Translations under genes and position numbers: made by a program
Shown here: in pieces, positions 1 through 11,200 of the stretch
How positions within the stretch are numbered: the first letter of the stretch is position 1
Layout: each line of letters opens with the position of its first letter
Origin: an uncultured Acidobacteriota bacterium
GTDB taxonomy: Bacteria; Acidobacteriota; Vicinamibacteria; Vicinamibacterales; UBA2999
Direction of reading: 5' to 3'
Length of the DNA stretch: 64,000 nt
NCBI GenBank assembly: GCA_963818645.1
Contig: CAWFTF010000025.1
Location: 32,828-96,827 of the forward strand
The notes under the pieces: model-generated
What the model was told of the DNA's origin: nothing
The model's database searches: none
Seen by the model: the letters and a program-made list of their open reading frames with translations, nothing else

Positions 1-2
1 TG

Positions 3-1325
3 ATGCCGCTCAAAGCTGCACGTGCCGTGAGCGGAGGGCGTGGACATCGCCGCGTGCAGGGTGCGCTCGTCGTCGCACAGGTGACGCTCACGTTGGTGCT
101 GCTCGTCGGCGCAGGCCTGCTGATCAAGAGCTTCTGGCAACTGCAGCGCGTCAACCTGGGACTCGATTCAAACCGAGTGGTGTGGTTCCAGACTCGCGTG
201 CCGGCGAACAAGGGTTTTCGTCAGGTCGGCAATCAGAACGGCATGGTGGCGCTGGACGTGAGTCCGATTCCGGGGCAGCTCTTCGATCGCCTGCGAGATC
301 GACTGCGCCAGATCCCAGGCGTCGAGTCGGTGGGGGGGACCAATGCGGGGCTCGTGTCCGGTGCGACGATGCAGGCGTCGTTCAGGATCGAAGGGCGACC
401 GATGGAAGGAGGAGCTGACCCGGCGGCCAGCTTCGCAGCGAGAACAACCGATCCGTTCGTGAACTACTCACTCGTGACGCCTGACTTCTTCAAGACCATT
501 CGCGTGCCTGTGGTCCGGGGACGAGAGTTCACCGCGCGTGACACGCGTGAGGCACCACCAGTCGTGATCATCAACGAGGCGATGGCCCGTCGCTACTGGC
601 CCGGAGAGGATCCGATCGGGAAGCGCCTCACCGTCACAATCGTGCCTGGCGAACAACTGCGCGAGATCGTCGGCATCGTCGGCGATACGCCGAACAGCCG
701 ATGGGATCGGGCAGCGTCGCCCAGACTGTACGCGCCGCATGCGCAGGAGTCGCTGCGATCGCGCGTGCCGTACGGTCAGAGCCGCGTGAACATGGCGTAC
801 ATGCTTCGGATCTCGCAGCCACTGTCGGCGATTGTGCCGGAGTTGAGGCGGGCAGTCGCGGAGGTCGATGCCAGCCTTCCTGTCTCGGACCTCGAGATGC
901 TGGACCAGTTCTTCGCGCGGCAGGTGGATGCGCCGAGGGATTCGATGGTGCTGGTAGGAATCTTTGGCGCGGTCGCGTTGCTGCTCGCGGTCTGTGGCAT
1001 CTACGCGATCGTCGCGTATGGCGTGGTGCAGCGGACGCATGAGATCGGTATCCGCATGGCGCTCGGTGCTCGACGCGCGGCGGTTCTCGGTCTGGTCATG
1101 CGTCAGAGCACGATCCTGACGGCCATCGGTCTGGTGCTCGGCGTGGCAGTGGCCGCGAGCCTGACGGGATACCTCAAGAGCCTGCTGTTCGAGATCACGC
1201 CGCTCGATACCGCGACGTTCTTCGCGATGCCGGCGATCTTCGCGCTGATTGCCGCGGTGGCTTCGTACCTCCCGGCGCGCCGCGCGACGAGGCTCGATCC
1301 GCAGGCCGTCTTGCGGAGTGAGTAG
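3..1325 (+). CDS. ABC transporter permease, MacB/FtsX family, C-terminal half (5' end cut by window edge)
   Basis: ORF 3..1325 has a TM helix, a ~230-aa periplasmic MacB-like domain, then an FtsX-type TM module (GIRMALGARRAAVLGLVMRQS). The frame is open to the window edge. Confidence 0.85.
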   Translation: MPLKAARAVSGGRGHRRVQGALVVAQVTLTLVLLVGAGLLIKSFWQLQRVNLGLDSNRVVWFQTRVPANKGFRQVGNQNGMVALDVSPIPGQLFDRLRDRLRQIPGVESVGGTNAGLVSGATMQASFRIEGRPMEGGADPAASFAARTTDPFVNYSLVTPDFFKTIRVPVVRGREFTARDTREAPPVVIINEAMARRYWPGEDPIGKRLTVTIVPGEQLREIVGIVGDTPNSRWDRAASPRLYAPHAQESLRSRVPYGQSRVNMAYMLRISQPLSAIVPELRRAVAEVDASLPVSDLEMLDQFFARQVDAPRDSMVLVGIFGAVALLLAVCGIYAIVAYGVVQRTHEIGIRMALGARRAAVLGLVMRQSTILTAIGLVLGVAVAASLTGYLKSLLFEITPLDTATFFAMPAIFALIAAVASYLPARRATRLDPQAVLRSE

Positions 1326-1346
1326 CCACGCATTCATGAACACCCT

Positions 1347-1426
1347 GTCAACTCCCAACTCCCAATTTCCAACTCCCAAACACGGCGAAACTTTTGGAAG
1401 TTGGGCGTTGGGAATTGGGAGTTGAC
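1347..1426. repeat. Octamer-repeat hairpin, class A (CAACTCCC)n/(GGGAGTTG)n; putative bidirectional terminator
   Basis: Arms gtcaactcccaactcccaatttccaactcccaaa and tttggaagttgggcgttgggaattgggagttgac are near-perfect reverse complements around a 12-nt loop. Lies between convergent genes. Confidence 0.85.
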
Positions 1427-1440
1427 ACGCGCGTCAATGC

Positions 1441-2136
1441 CTAGAGACTCGCCGCTACGACACTCCGCGCCACCGGCGCGAACTTGTGCCGGTAGTAGCG
1501 AGTCCAAATGGCAATCGTCGGGATGCCGATGATCGTCGGCGCCAGCCACACCAGCAGAGAGAACGTCCCGACCCCGAGGTGGTTGGCATTGACGACGAGG
1601 AAAGCCGTCGTTGCGGCGATGCACGCGCCCAACATGCTTCCCATGTGCTCGAACCACCAATGCATCGGATGGGATGGCGGCCTGGTCCAATAGGCCAGAC
1701 GTCCACCGCCCACGAACAGGCCAACGAAGGAAAAGGCCGTGAAGAGCTGATGGCCGGTGCGGAGGCCGTAAAAGGCCGCCGCGACACTCGCGGCTGTGAG
1801 AAGCGCCGGTAGCCCTACGTCCCATGGGTGGCGATGCACGCCTGTTCGCGTCTTCGCGCGCAGCACCCGTATCCCTCCCGACACGCTGGTGGAGGTCAGG
1901 ATAGCGACAAAGAACAGGAAGGCCCCCGCTTCGCGCTCTTGCGCCGACGTGCCGGTGAGCCATCGCGTGCCAGCCAGCATGAACGCCGTGATCGCGACAA
2001 CGGTCATGCCGCTCACGAAGACCCAGCCGGCGCGACGATGGGTGACGCCGCCCTTTTTGGTCACGAGCGGAACGAGCATGGACAGCAGGGCGGCAGAGCC
2101 GCCGGCGATGTGCAGATACAGCAGTGACTTCAACAT
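1441..2136 (-). CDS. hypothetical polytopic membrane protein
   Basis: 231-aa ORF with about 6 hydrophobic helices and ordinary composition. The overlapping alternative ORFs are Arg/Pro-rich mirror ORFs. Confidence 0.7.
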   Translation of the reverse strand: MLKSLLYLHIAGGSAALLSMLVPLVTKKGGVTHRRAGWVFVSGMTVVAITAFMLAGTRWLTGTSAQEREAGAFLFFVAILTSTSVSGGIRVLRAKTRTGVHRHPWDVGLPALLTAASVAAAFYGLRTGHQLFTAFSFVGLFVGGGRLAYWTRPPSHPMHWWFEHMGSMLGACIAATTAFLVVNANHLGVGTFSLLVWLAPTIIGIPTIAIWTRYYRHKFAPVARSVVAASL

Positions 2137-2246
2137 GACGACATGATGCGCGTCGCGGGCGCTGAACGCATGTGCCGAAGGTCACGGGCGCCATCCATGA
2201 CTTCCGGCACGGGTCTCCCCAGGCTCGACGCCTCTACAATGACCGC

Positions 2247-3446
2247 ATGCGCGGAAGGCGGTGGCTGAACGTCGCGGCGCTGTCGACGTGGCTGTTGTGC
2301 GGCCTTCCGCAGAGCATCGCCATCGCGCGCGGCGAGTTTGCGGGCTGGCCGGCGACCATGTGGCTGACGGCGTATCTGCTGTATGGCGCGGCCCTCATCG
2401 TGTTTCTCGGACTCGGCCGCATGCGGGCGAGGCTCGGTTACTACGCCCCGCTGCTGGTCCTCGTCGTGCAAATGGTGACGGCGCTCGCCGTCGTGATGCT
2501 GTCGGTCGTGTATCTCCGCGGCACGAACTCCACTCCTGGCTTGTTCGTCGTCATCGCCGCACAACTCCCGTATCTCGCGTCGTCGAAGGGCCAGTCGGCT
2601 CGCCCGCAGACGCAGATCACCGTCAAGCCGGCTTGGATCTGGTCGATGCTCGGCGTGCTCACCCTGACGAATACGGCGTTTCTTTTTGCCGTCGAGCGCA
2701 CGTGGAGCGGCGCGTTGAGCTATGGGTTGAGCATGGGGGCGTTCATGCTGTTTGCCGCGGCGAGCTCGTTTCTCGTGCAAAGCGAAGCGGCGGCGCGCGA
2801 TGAGCTGGCGACTGTCAACAGGGAACTGCTGGGCACACGAGCGCTGCTTGCCGAGAGCAGCCGGGTCGAGGAGCGGCTGCGCATCTCGCGCGACCTGCAC
2901 GACACGCTGGGGCATCACCTGACTGCGCTGAGTCTTCAACTCGACGTCGCGGCGCGTCTCTCGGAGGGCAAGCCGGCGGATCACATCCGCCAGGCGCATG
3001 CCATCACACGGTTGCTCCTCGGCGACGTGCGTGATGTCGTGAGCCGCTTGCGGGAGACGAGTCAGCTCGACCTCGCGCAGGCCATTCGTTCGGCGGCGGC
3101 CGGACACGGCGAGGGCATGGCCATTCATCTCGATCTGCCCGACGCGCTGAGCGTCGAAGACACTTCACGCGCAGAGATTCTGCTTCGCTGTATCCAGGAG
3201 ATCATCACGAACACCGCTCGGCACGCACACGCGCGCAACCTCTGGATTCGATTGGAGGCACGGCCAGACGGCATCGCGCTACATGCTCGAGACGACGGCC
3301 GGGGCGCGGATGTCGTGGTGTTCGGCAACGGTCTGACCGGGATGCGCGAGCGTTTCGAGCAGTACGCTGGTCGCGTCGAGTTCACTCCCGGGCACGGCAC
3401 CGGCTTCGAGATCCGCGGCTTTCTTCCGACACCTGCCGCTGCATGA
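2247..3446 (+). CDS. sensor histidine kinase, HisKA_3 (NarL-partner) type
   Basis: H-box RISRDLHDTLGHHLTAL, ATPase boxes ITNTARHA, DDGRG and GNGLTGMRERF, and a multi-TM N-terminus. Start placed at ATG 2247 inside ORF 2172..3446. Confidence 0.9.
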   Translation: MRGRRWLNVAALSTWLLCGLPQSIAIARGEFAGWPATMWLTAYLLYGAALIVFLGLGRMRARLGYYAPLLVLVVQMVTALAVVMLSVVYLRGTNSTPGLFVVIAAQLPYLASSKGQSARPQTQITVKPAWIWSMLGVLTLTNTAFLFAVERTWSGALSYGLSMGAFMLFAAASSFLVQSEAAARDELATVNRELLGTRALLAESSRVEERLRISRDLHDTLGHHLTALSLQLDVAARLSEGKPADHIRQAHAITRLLLGDVRDVVSRLRETSQLDLAQAIRSAAAGHGEGMAIHLDLPDALSVEDTSRAEILLRCIQEIITNTARHAHARNLWIRLEARPDGIALHARDDGRGADVVVFGNGLTGMRERFEQYAGRVEFTPGHGTGFEIRGFLPTPAAA

Positions 3447-4084
3447 TCCGCATCGTGCTCGTGGACGATCAGACGCTCGTGCGGCAGGGCATTCGCTCTC
3501 TGCTCGAGCTCGCCTCCGATGTCTCGATCGTGGCGGAGGCGTCCGACGGTGACGAGGCGGTGGCCGTGATCCGGCGCGAGAACCCCGACGTGGTGCTGCT
3601 CGATCTGCGGATGCCCAGGAAGGGCGGCGTCGAGGTCCTGAGAGATCTGCAGGCGTCGTCCACTCTTCCGCCGACCATCGTCCTCACGACGTTCGACGAT
3701 GACGAGGCGCTGCTGGATGCGGTGAGAGCGGGAGCGAAGGGATACCTTTTGAAGGACGTGTCGCTCGAGCGGCTGACGGACGGCATTCGTGAAGTCGCGC
3801 GCGGCGGGTCGATCATCCGTCCGGCGATTACGGAGCGTGTGCTCAAGGGGCTCGAGCACGTGCGTCGCGAGTTCGACGCGTTGAGTCCACCCGATCCGCT
3901 TACGAAGCGGGAAGTCGAGGTCCTGCGTCTGATGGCGGGCGGTTACAGCAATCGCGAAATCGCCGAAGCGCTCGGGACCGCGGAAGGAACTGTGAAGAAC
4001 CACGCGTCGAGCATCCTGTCCAAGCTGGGTGTCCGCGATCGCACGCGCGCGGTGCTCAAGGCGTTGGAGTTGGGGTACATCTAA
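3443..4084 (+). CDS. response regulator, NarL/LuxR family
   Basis: Receiver domain (VLVDDQ...DVVLLDLRMP) plus LuxR HTH (LTKREVEVLRLMAGGYSNREIAEAL). ATGA overlap with the kinase stop. Confidence 0.95.
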   Translation: MIRIVLVDDQTLVRQGIRSLLELASDVSIVAEASDGDEAVAVIRRENPDVVLLDLRMPRKGGVEVLRDLQASSTLPPTIVLTTFDDDEALLDAVRAGAKGYLLKDVSLERLTDGIREVARGGSIIRPAITERVLKGLEHVRREFDALSPPDPLTKREVEVLRLMAGGYSNREIAEALGTAEGTVKNHASSILSKLGVRDRTRAVLKALELGYI

Positions 4085-4087
4085 CAT

Positions 4088-4268
4088 GCGGTCCGAAGGG
4101 GCGAAGGGGCGAGGGTGCGATGGTCCGGTGCGACGGTCCGATGGTCCGGTCCGACGGTCCGATGGTCCGGTCGCCCAGCGTGACGACGGACCTTCGCACC
4201 TCGGACCGGACCTTCGCACCCCGGACTGGACCGTCGCACCGCCGCCCCTTCGCCCCGTCGGACCGTGC
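4088..4268. repeat. Long imperfect hairpin of (CGAAGGGG)/(GGTCCGAY) octamers, class E
   Basis: The left half (gcggtccgaaggggcgaaggggcgagggtgcgatggtccgg...) is the approximate reverse complement of the right half (...ccgtcgcaccgccgccccttcgccccgtcggaccgtgc). Lies between convergent genes. Confidence 0.8.
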
Positions 4269-4276
4269 GTTCGCAT

Positions 4277-5585
4277 CTACGTCGACAGATCCCGCCGATA
4301 TGTCTCAGTGAAAGCCAGCGTCGACAGCCACGAGATGAGCGACATCGCCGTGATGTAGATGGTGATGAGCGTCGAGTCGCCGGTGGCGCTGAAGAGCGAC
4401 GTGGCGATGGCGGGGGAGAGCGCGCCGCCGAGAATCGTGCCGAGCGTCAGGCTCAGCGACGCGCCGCTGTAGCGCGTGGCCGTCGGGAACAGCTCGGAAA
4501 ACACCGCCGGTTGCGGACCGATGTAGGCCCCCTGAATCACCAGTATTCCGCAGAGTGCGATGCCGGCCAAAAGAACCGATCGGGTATCGGCCAACGGAAA
4601 GAAGACGAGCGACCAGAGCACGAGCGCGCCGTTTCCCCACTGCATGATTCGCCGACGGCCGAACCGATCGGACAAGACCGCGGAGACGAAAATCGACACC
4701 GCAAACAACACCGCAGCAATGAGAAGCAGCGCCAGGGTCGTTGTCAGCGGGAACTTGAGCTCGCGCGTGGCGTACGACACGAAGTAGACGATCACGATGT
4801 AGCCGAGCGTGCTGATGCCGATGTAGCTCCCGGCCGCGAGCATGACCGCGCGGGCGTCATGACGAAGCACGTCGACGATTGGCATGCGCCGCGCGGACTG
4901 TGCCTTGAGTACCTGCGCGAAGATCGGGCTCTCCGCAAGGCCCATGCGAACCCAGAGTCCGACGGCAACGAGCACCGCGCTGGCGATGAACGGAATACGC
5001 CATGCCCAATCGGCGAACGCCGCCGGTGACACCGCGCTCGATGTGACGAGGAACACGAGATTGGACAGGATGATTCCCGCTGGCAACCCGAGGGCGACGA
5101 AGCTCCCGAAGAACCCGCGACGTGATTGAGGTGCGTGCTCGACGGACATGAGCACGGCGCCACCCCACTCGCCACCCAGCGCGAACCCCTGCACGAATCG
5201 AAACGTGACGAGCAGGATCGGCGCCCAGACACCCAGTTGCGAATAGTTCGGCAGCAGACCGATGCCGAGCGTCGACAGCCCCATCAGCATCAGCGACCAC
5301 ACGAGCATCGACTTGCGTCCGAGGCGATCGCCGTAGTGACCCATCGCCACGCCGCCCAACGGTCGTCGCGATGAACCCGATGGCAAATGTGCCGAATGCC
5401 GCGAGCGTACCGGCGAGGTCCGACACCTGGGGGAAGAACTGCGGCGCAAAGACGACGGCCGCGGCAGTTCCGTAAATGAAGAAGTCGTACCACTCGATCG
5501 TGGTGCCGATTCCGCCCGCGAGCGCGACGCGGCGGGCTCCGAGGGCCGTTCGCTTGGTTTCGGTTGACGGGAGCGGAGTCGCCAT
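4277..5585 (-). pseudogene. MFS transporter, metabolite:H+ symporter (MHS)-like, frameshifted
   Basis: The N-terminus (IEWYDFFIYGTAAAVVF...AFGTFAIGFI) is in the ORF 4857..5585 frame. The rest (RPLGGVAMGHYGDRLGRKSML...) is in the ORF 4277..5449 frame. A 1-nt indel lies near 5363-5368. Confidence 0.85.
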
Positions 5586-5598
5586 CGGGGGATATTGT

Positions 5599-5680
5599 GT
5601 CCCGAACCTCGAATCCCGAACCTCGAATCCCGAATCCCGAATCCCGAATCCCGAGTCCCGAGTCCCGAGTCCCGAGTCGG
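5599..5680. repeat. Tandem octamer array, class B (CGAATCCC / CGAGTCCC), single arm
   Basis: About 10 consecutive 8-nt units are seen directly. Lies in a divergent promoter region between the MFS gene and the PQQ sugar dehydrogenase, with no complementary arm adjacent. Confidence 0.9.
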
Positions 5681-5718
5681 TACGGCCTATACTGATCGCT
5701 TCCGGAGGGAGCGCAGTT

Positions 5719-6978
5719 ATGAGCAGGCCACGTTCGGCGCACGGCTATCGTCTTTGGTTCGTCCTCGCAGCGCTGGGGACTGTGACCTTCGGGATTCACG
5801 CGCGCGCAGGCCAGCAGAAGGTGGAGTTTCGCGGCGGCATTCCTGTCGCGCCGTCGGGGCTTGCCGGTCACAAGCTGCCCGCCCAGCCGGTTGAATTCGA
5901 CACTGGCGAGGGTCAGCGCATTCGCGTGTCAGCGGTGACGCGCGCGCTCGAATACCCATGGGCGCTGGCGTTCCTTCCGGACGGCACGATGCTCATCACG
6001 GAGCGCGCCGGCCGCCTGCGCGTGATTCGAAACGGCGTGCTCGATCCGCAGCCTGTCGCCGGCGCACCTGCGTCGTACTGGACCGGAGAGTCCGGGCTGC
6101 CCGGAGCCGTCCATGGCTACATGGACATCGCGCTCCATCCGCAGTTCGCGCAGAACCGTCTCGTGTATCTTTCGTACACCAAGCCACTCGATGACAAGAA
6201 GACGACGGTCGCGGTTGCGCGTGGCCGCTTCGACGGCAAGGCGCTGACCGAAGTGAAGGACGTCCTGGTGCTGGACCGAGCCGGCACATCGCGCATCGCG
6301 TTCGGTCGCGACGGCAACCTGTACATCTCCACAACCGGCACCGACCCGAAGGACCCGAAGGATCCGCAGAACCCCAACACGCAGGGCGGCAAGGTCCTGC
6401 GTGTTCGCGATGACGGCAGCATCCCGAAGGACAATCCGTTTGTCGGCAAACCGAATCACCGGCCCGAGGTCTACACGCTGGGCCATCGCAGCGCGCTCGG
6501 TCTGGCCGTGAATCCCGCGACTGGTGAGATGTGGCTCAACGAGAACGGGCCCAACGGCGGCGACGAGATCAATATCCTCAAGCCCGGTGCGAACTATGGG
6601 TGGCCGATCGTGAGTTACGGCCGCCAGTACACAGGGCCGTGGCAGTCAGAGATTCCCGGACACGCAGGGTTCGAGCCGCCGCTCGTGTTCTGGGTCCCGT
6701 CGATTGCCGCCTCCGGTATGGCGTTTTACACCGGTGACAAATTTCCCAAGTGGAAGGGGGACGTGTTCGTCGGCGCTCTGCGGACCGGCGAAATTCCGGG
6801 CACCGGGCACCTCGAGCGGATCCTCTTCAACGAAAAGATGGAGGAACTGCGCCGCGAATCGCTGCTCGTCGAGTTGCGCCAGCGCATTCGCGAGGTCCGC
6901 CAGGGTCCGGACGGACTGTTGTACCTCCTGACCGACGAGAAAGAAGGCGCAGTGCTCAAGATCGAGCCTGTGCAGTAA
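5719..6978 (+). CDS. PQQ-dependent sugar (glucose/sorbosone) dehydrogenase, soluble type
   Basis: YPWALAFLPDGTMLITERAGRLRVI and GHRSALGLAVNPATGEMW motifs, plus a signal peptide. ATG 5719 is preceded by ggaggga. The upstream part of ORF 5476.. only translates the octamer repeat. Confidence 0.85.
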   Translation: MSRPRSAHGYRLWFVLAALGTVTFGIHARAGQQKVEFRGGIPVAPSGLAGHKLPAQPVEFDTGEGQRIRVSAVTRALEYPWALAFLPDGTMLITERAGRLRVIRNGVLDPQPVAGAPASYWTGESGLPGAVHGYMDIALHPQFAQNRLVYLSYTKPLDDKKTTVAVARGRFDGKALTEVKDVLVLDRAGTSRIAFGRDGNLYISTTGTDPKDPKDPQNPNTQGGKVLRVRDDGSIPKDNPFVGKPNHRPEVYTLGHRSALGLAVNPATGEMWLNENGPNGGDEINILKPGANYGWPIVSYGRQYTGPWQSEIPGHAGFEPPLVFWVPSIAASGMAFYTGDKFPKWKGDVFVGALRTGEIPGTGHLERILFNEKMEELRRESLLVELRQRIREVRQGPDGLLYLLTDEKEGAVLKIEPVQ

Positions 6979-7070
6979 GCAGAAGACAGAAATTCGCAGT
7001 AAGCATCAATGGCGGTCGCAGACCGACTAAGATCTGTCTGGGCATTCATATCGGTATACCGGAACCACGC

Positions 7071-8273
7071 ATGGGCTTCATTCGACTCCTTTTTGTTGCA
7101 ACGGTTGCGGCTGTGTCGGTCGCCGCGGCTGGTTGTGCCGCGGAAGATCCGGCCGCCAGCGCGGCGTCGGCCGCCTCGGGTCGCGGCGGTGGCCGTGGCG
7201 GTGCCGGTGGAGCGGTGCCGGTGACGGTCGCACCTGTCATCACCAAGGCGATGCCGATCGAGATCAGCGTCATCGGCACGGCCGAGGCGTTTTCGAACGT
7301 CGGCATCCGTTCTCAGATCACCGGGCAGCTCGAGAAGGTCAACTTCACGGAAGGCGACGATGTGCAGCAGGGTCAGGTGCTGTTCACGCTGGATCGTCGT
7401 CCGCTCGAGTTGGCACTCCGCGAAGCGCAGGCAAATCTCGAACGCGATACCGCGCGGGCCGAGAACGCTGCGCTCATGACCAAGCGCTACGAGGATCTCG
7501 CGAAGCGCGGCATCGCACCGCGCGAGCAGCTGGACACGTCGCGGGCGGACATGGCTGCGCTCAACGCAACGGTCAGCGCGGACAAGGCCGCGGTCGAGAA
7601 CGCGACCGTGCAGTTGGACTACGCCACGATCAAGGCGCCGATCTCCGGTCGTACCGGCGCCCTGGCGGTGCATGAGGGCAACCTCGTGCGCGCCAACGAT
7701 CAGACCGCGCTCGTGACCATCAACCAGATCATGCCGATGTCGGTGTCGTTCTCAGTGCCGGAATCACGTCTTTCCGAATTGAAGCGCTACCTCGCTGGCG
7801 GCGCGCTCACCGTGAGGGCGACACCGCCCAACGATGAGGGTCCCGCCGCCACTGGCAAGATCGCCTTCATCGACAACGCGGTTGACGAGAACAGCGGCAC
7901 GATTCGCGTCAAAGGCACGTTCGCCAACACGGATCGCCGGCTCTGGCCTGGCCAGTACGTCAACGTGGTAGTCACGCTCACGACGGATCCGAAGGCGATC
8001 GTGGTGCCGTCGGTTGCGGTGCAGACCGGTCAGCAGGGCACGTTCGTGTTCGTGGTCAAGCCGGACCAGACCGTTGAGATGCGTCCCGTCACCGTCGCGC
8101 GCGTCAGCGCAAGCGACACGGTGCTCGTGAGCGGCGGCGTGCAGCCGGGCGACACGGTCGTGACCGACGGACACCTGCGGCTCGTTCCCGGGAGCCGGAT
8201 CAGCGTCAAGGGCGACAACGCCCAGCAGGCGACTCAAAGCCAGCCACAAGAAGACCGAAAGGGCGCGCCATGA
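7071..8273 (+). CDS. efflux RND transporter periplasmic adaptor (MFP) subunit
   Basis: Lipobox signal (VAAAGC), coiled-coil hairpin region and a beta-barrel C-terminus typical of HlyD/AcrA. Start at ATG 7071 within ORF 6750..8273. Confidence 0.9.
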   Translation: MGFIRLLFVATVAAVSVAAAGCAAEDPAASAASAASGRGGGRGGAGGAVPVTVAPVITKAMPIEISVIGTAEAFSNVGIRSQITGQLEKVNFTEGDDVQQGQVLFTLDRRPLELALREAQANLERDTARAENAALMTKRYEDLAKRGIAPREQLDTSRADMAALNATVSADKAAVENATVQLDYATIKAPISGRTGALAVHEGNLVRANDQTALVTINQIMPMSVSFSVPESRLSELKRYLAGGALTVRATPPNDEGPAATGKIAFIDNAVDENSGTIRVKGTFANTDRRLWPGQYVNVVVTLTTDPKAIVVPSVAVQTGQQGTFVFVVKPDQTVEMRPVTVARVSASDTVLVSGGVQPGDTVVTDGHLRLVPGSRISVKGDNAQQATQSQPQEDRKGAP

Positions 8274-11200
8274 ATATGTCGGCACTGTTCATCAAGCGTC
8301 CGGTCACCACGACGCTGTTGATGCTCGGCATCCTGGTGTTCGGTGGACTCGCGTACCAGGTGCTGCCGGTCGCCGATCTCCCGAGCGTTGATTTCCCATC
8401 CATCCGTGTCCAGGCATCGCTGCCCGGCGCCAGTCCCGAGACGATGGCCGCCTCGGTCGCCCTTCCGCTGGAAAAGCAGTTCACGTCGATCGCCGGCGTC
8501 ACCAGCATCAATTCCACCAGCACGCAGGGCGGCACCGACATCACCATTCAGTTCGACATCAACAAGAACATCGACGCCGCCGCCCAGGACGTCCAGTCGA
8601 TGATCGGCCGCGCCTCACGGCAGCTCCCGCCGGAGATGCCGTCGCCGCCTTCCTATCAGAAGGTCAACCCGGCGGATCAGTCGATCTTCTTCATCGTCCT
8701 GAGGTCGTCGACGCTGTCGCTCGCGGTGCTCGATGAGATCGCCCAGTCGCAGGTCGCGCAGCGCATCTCGATGGTCAGCGGCGTGGCGCAGGTCAACATC
8801 TTCGGGTCGCAGAAGTTCGCGGTCCGCGTCGATGTGGACCCGCGCGAGCTGGCGGCGCGATCGATCGGCATCGACGAGGTGGCCAACGCCATCAACAACG
8901 CGAACTCGAATCTGCCGACGGGCACCATCTACGGTGAGCGCACGTTCGTTGTCCGGTCCAATGGGCAGTTGATGCGTGCCGCCGCGTACGGGCCGACAAT
9001 CATCGCCTACCGCAACGGCATGCCCGTTCGGCTGGACGAAGTTGCGCACGTCTACGACGGCGTCGAGAACGACAAGACAGCGAGCTGGCAGAACGGTGAA
9101 CGCTGTATCTACCTGCCGGTGCAGAAGCAGCCCGGCGTGAACGTGGTCGAGACCGTGGACCGGATCAAGGCGCTGCTGCCAACCATCCGCGAGCAGTTGC
9201 CGGCGTCGGTCACGCTCGACGTCCGCAGCGATCGCGCCCTCACGATTCGCGAATCGGTGCACGACGTGAAGCTCACGCTCATGATCACGGTCATGCTGGT
9301 CGTGCTCGTGATCTTCCTGTTCCTCCGCAACCTCTCCGCCACGATTATCCCGAGCCTGGCGCTCCCGTGCTCGCTTGTCGGGACCTTCGCGGTGATGTAT
9401 CTGCTCGGATACAGCCTCGACAATCTGTCCCTGATGGCCCTCACCCTCTCCGTCGGGTTCGTCGTCGACGACGCGATCGTGATGCTGGAGAACATCGTCC
9501 GGCACATGGAGATGGGGAAGAACGCCATGCAGGCTGCCTACGATGGCTCGAAGGAAGTGGCGTTCACGATTCTGTCGATGACGCTGTCGCTCGTCGCCGT
9601 GTTCATCCCCGTGCTGTTCATGGGCGGCATCGTCGGTCGCCTGTTGCACGAGTTTGCGATCACCATTACCGCGGCGATTCTGATCTCGGGCTTTGTCTCA
9701 ATCAGCCTGACGCCCATGCTGTGCAGCCGATTCCTCCGGCCGCCGCATGCGCAGAATCACGGCCGTCTCTACAACCTGTTCGAGTGGGTGTTCGATACGT
9801 GGCGCGGTGCCTACAGCGTGACGCTTCGCGTCGCCCTGAGATATCGGTTCATCACTGCGACCATCTCAATGGTTCTGATGGTTGCGACCGTGTACCTGTT
9901 CATCGCGGTGCCGAAGGGCTTCCTGCCGAGCGAAGACCAGGGACGATTCAACGTCAACACCGAAGGGGCGCAGGGCATCAGCTTCGATGAGATGGTTCGC
10001 CACCAACTGCAGGTGGCCGACGTCTTGTTGAAGGATCCCAACATCGCCAGCGCGGGCGTGAACGTCGGCCAGATGGGGAACAATGCGACCGGCGGCTCGA
10101 ATCAGGGACGCATGTTCGTTGAGTTGAAACCACGGGAGGAGCGCCAGAAGAGCGTCGATGAGGTGATCGCGGAGCTGCGTCCCAAGCTCGCCGAGATCAC
10201 GGGCATCCGGTCGTTCATGGTCAACCAGCCGCCGATCAACCTCGGTGGAGGCGGCCAGAATCGCGCGCTGTATCAGTTCACGATGCAGGACACCGACACC
10301 GCCGAGTTGTACAAGTGGGCGCCGGTGTTCGAATCCAAGATCCGGCAGACGCCTGGTTTCGAAGACGTCAACAGCGACCTGCAGTTGAACAACCCGCAGG
10401 TCACCGTCGAGATGAACCGCGACAAGCTGTCGACGCTCGGTTTGACTGCCACGCAGGTGGAGAACGCGCTCTACAACGCCTACGGCACGCGGCAGGTCTC
10501 CCAGATTTACGCGCCGAACAATCAGTACCAGGTGATTCTGCGAGTCGCACCGCAGTTTCAGCGCGATCCCGGGGCGATGTCGCTGCTCTATATCCGCGCC
10601 AACAACGGCCGGCTGATTCCGCTCGAGTCCGTCGCGCGAATGAAGACTGAAGTCGGGCCGTTCCAGGTGAATCACTTCGGTCAGCTTCCGGCCGTGACCA
10701 TCGCGTTCAACCTGGCGCCTGGCTTTGCGCTCGGCGACGCGGTCAATCAGATTCAGTCGATGGCGGCGACGACGCTGCCGGCCACGATCAACCTCGCATT
10801 CCAGGGAACCGCGCAGGCATTTCAGGATTCATTGCGCGGGTTGGGACTGGTGCTCGCGATGGCGATCGTCGTGATCTACATCGTGCTCGGCGTGCTGTAC
10901 GAGAGCTTCACGCATCCGCTGACGATTCTCTCCGGCCTGCCCGCCGCGGGCCTTGGCGCGTTGCTGACGCTCATGGTCTTCAAGACCGAGTTGAACCTCT
11001 ACGCCTTCGTCGGCGTGATCATGCTCGTCGGCCTGGTCAAGAAGAACGGCATCATGATGGTGGACTTCGCCGTGGACCTCCAGCGGCAAGGGAAGTCGGC
11101 GGCGGAAGCGATCCACGAGGCGTGTCTCGTGAGGTTCCGGCCGATCATGATGACGACGATGGCCGCGCTCGTGGGAACGTTGCCGATTGCGTTGGGACTG

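Noticed and set aside
5599-5680. Tandem short-repeat arrays as a CRISPR array (also 48649-48714 and 50150-50192)
   Set aside because: The units are 7-8 nt and directly abutting, with no spacers. No cas genes are present. This is incompatible with CRISPR.
5476-5718. N-terminal extension of the sugar dehydrogenase ORF translating NPESRIPNPESRVPSPES
   Set aside because: The peptide is simply the octamer repeat read in frame. A proper RBS, ATG and signal peptide occur at 5719.
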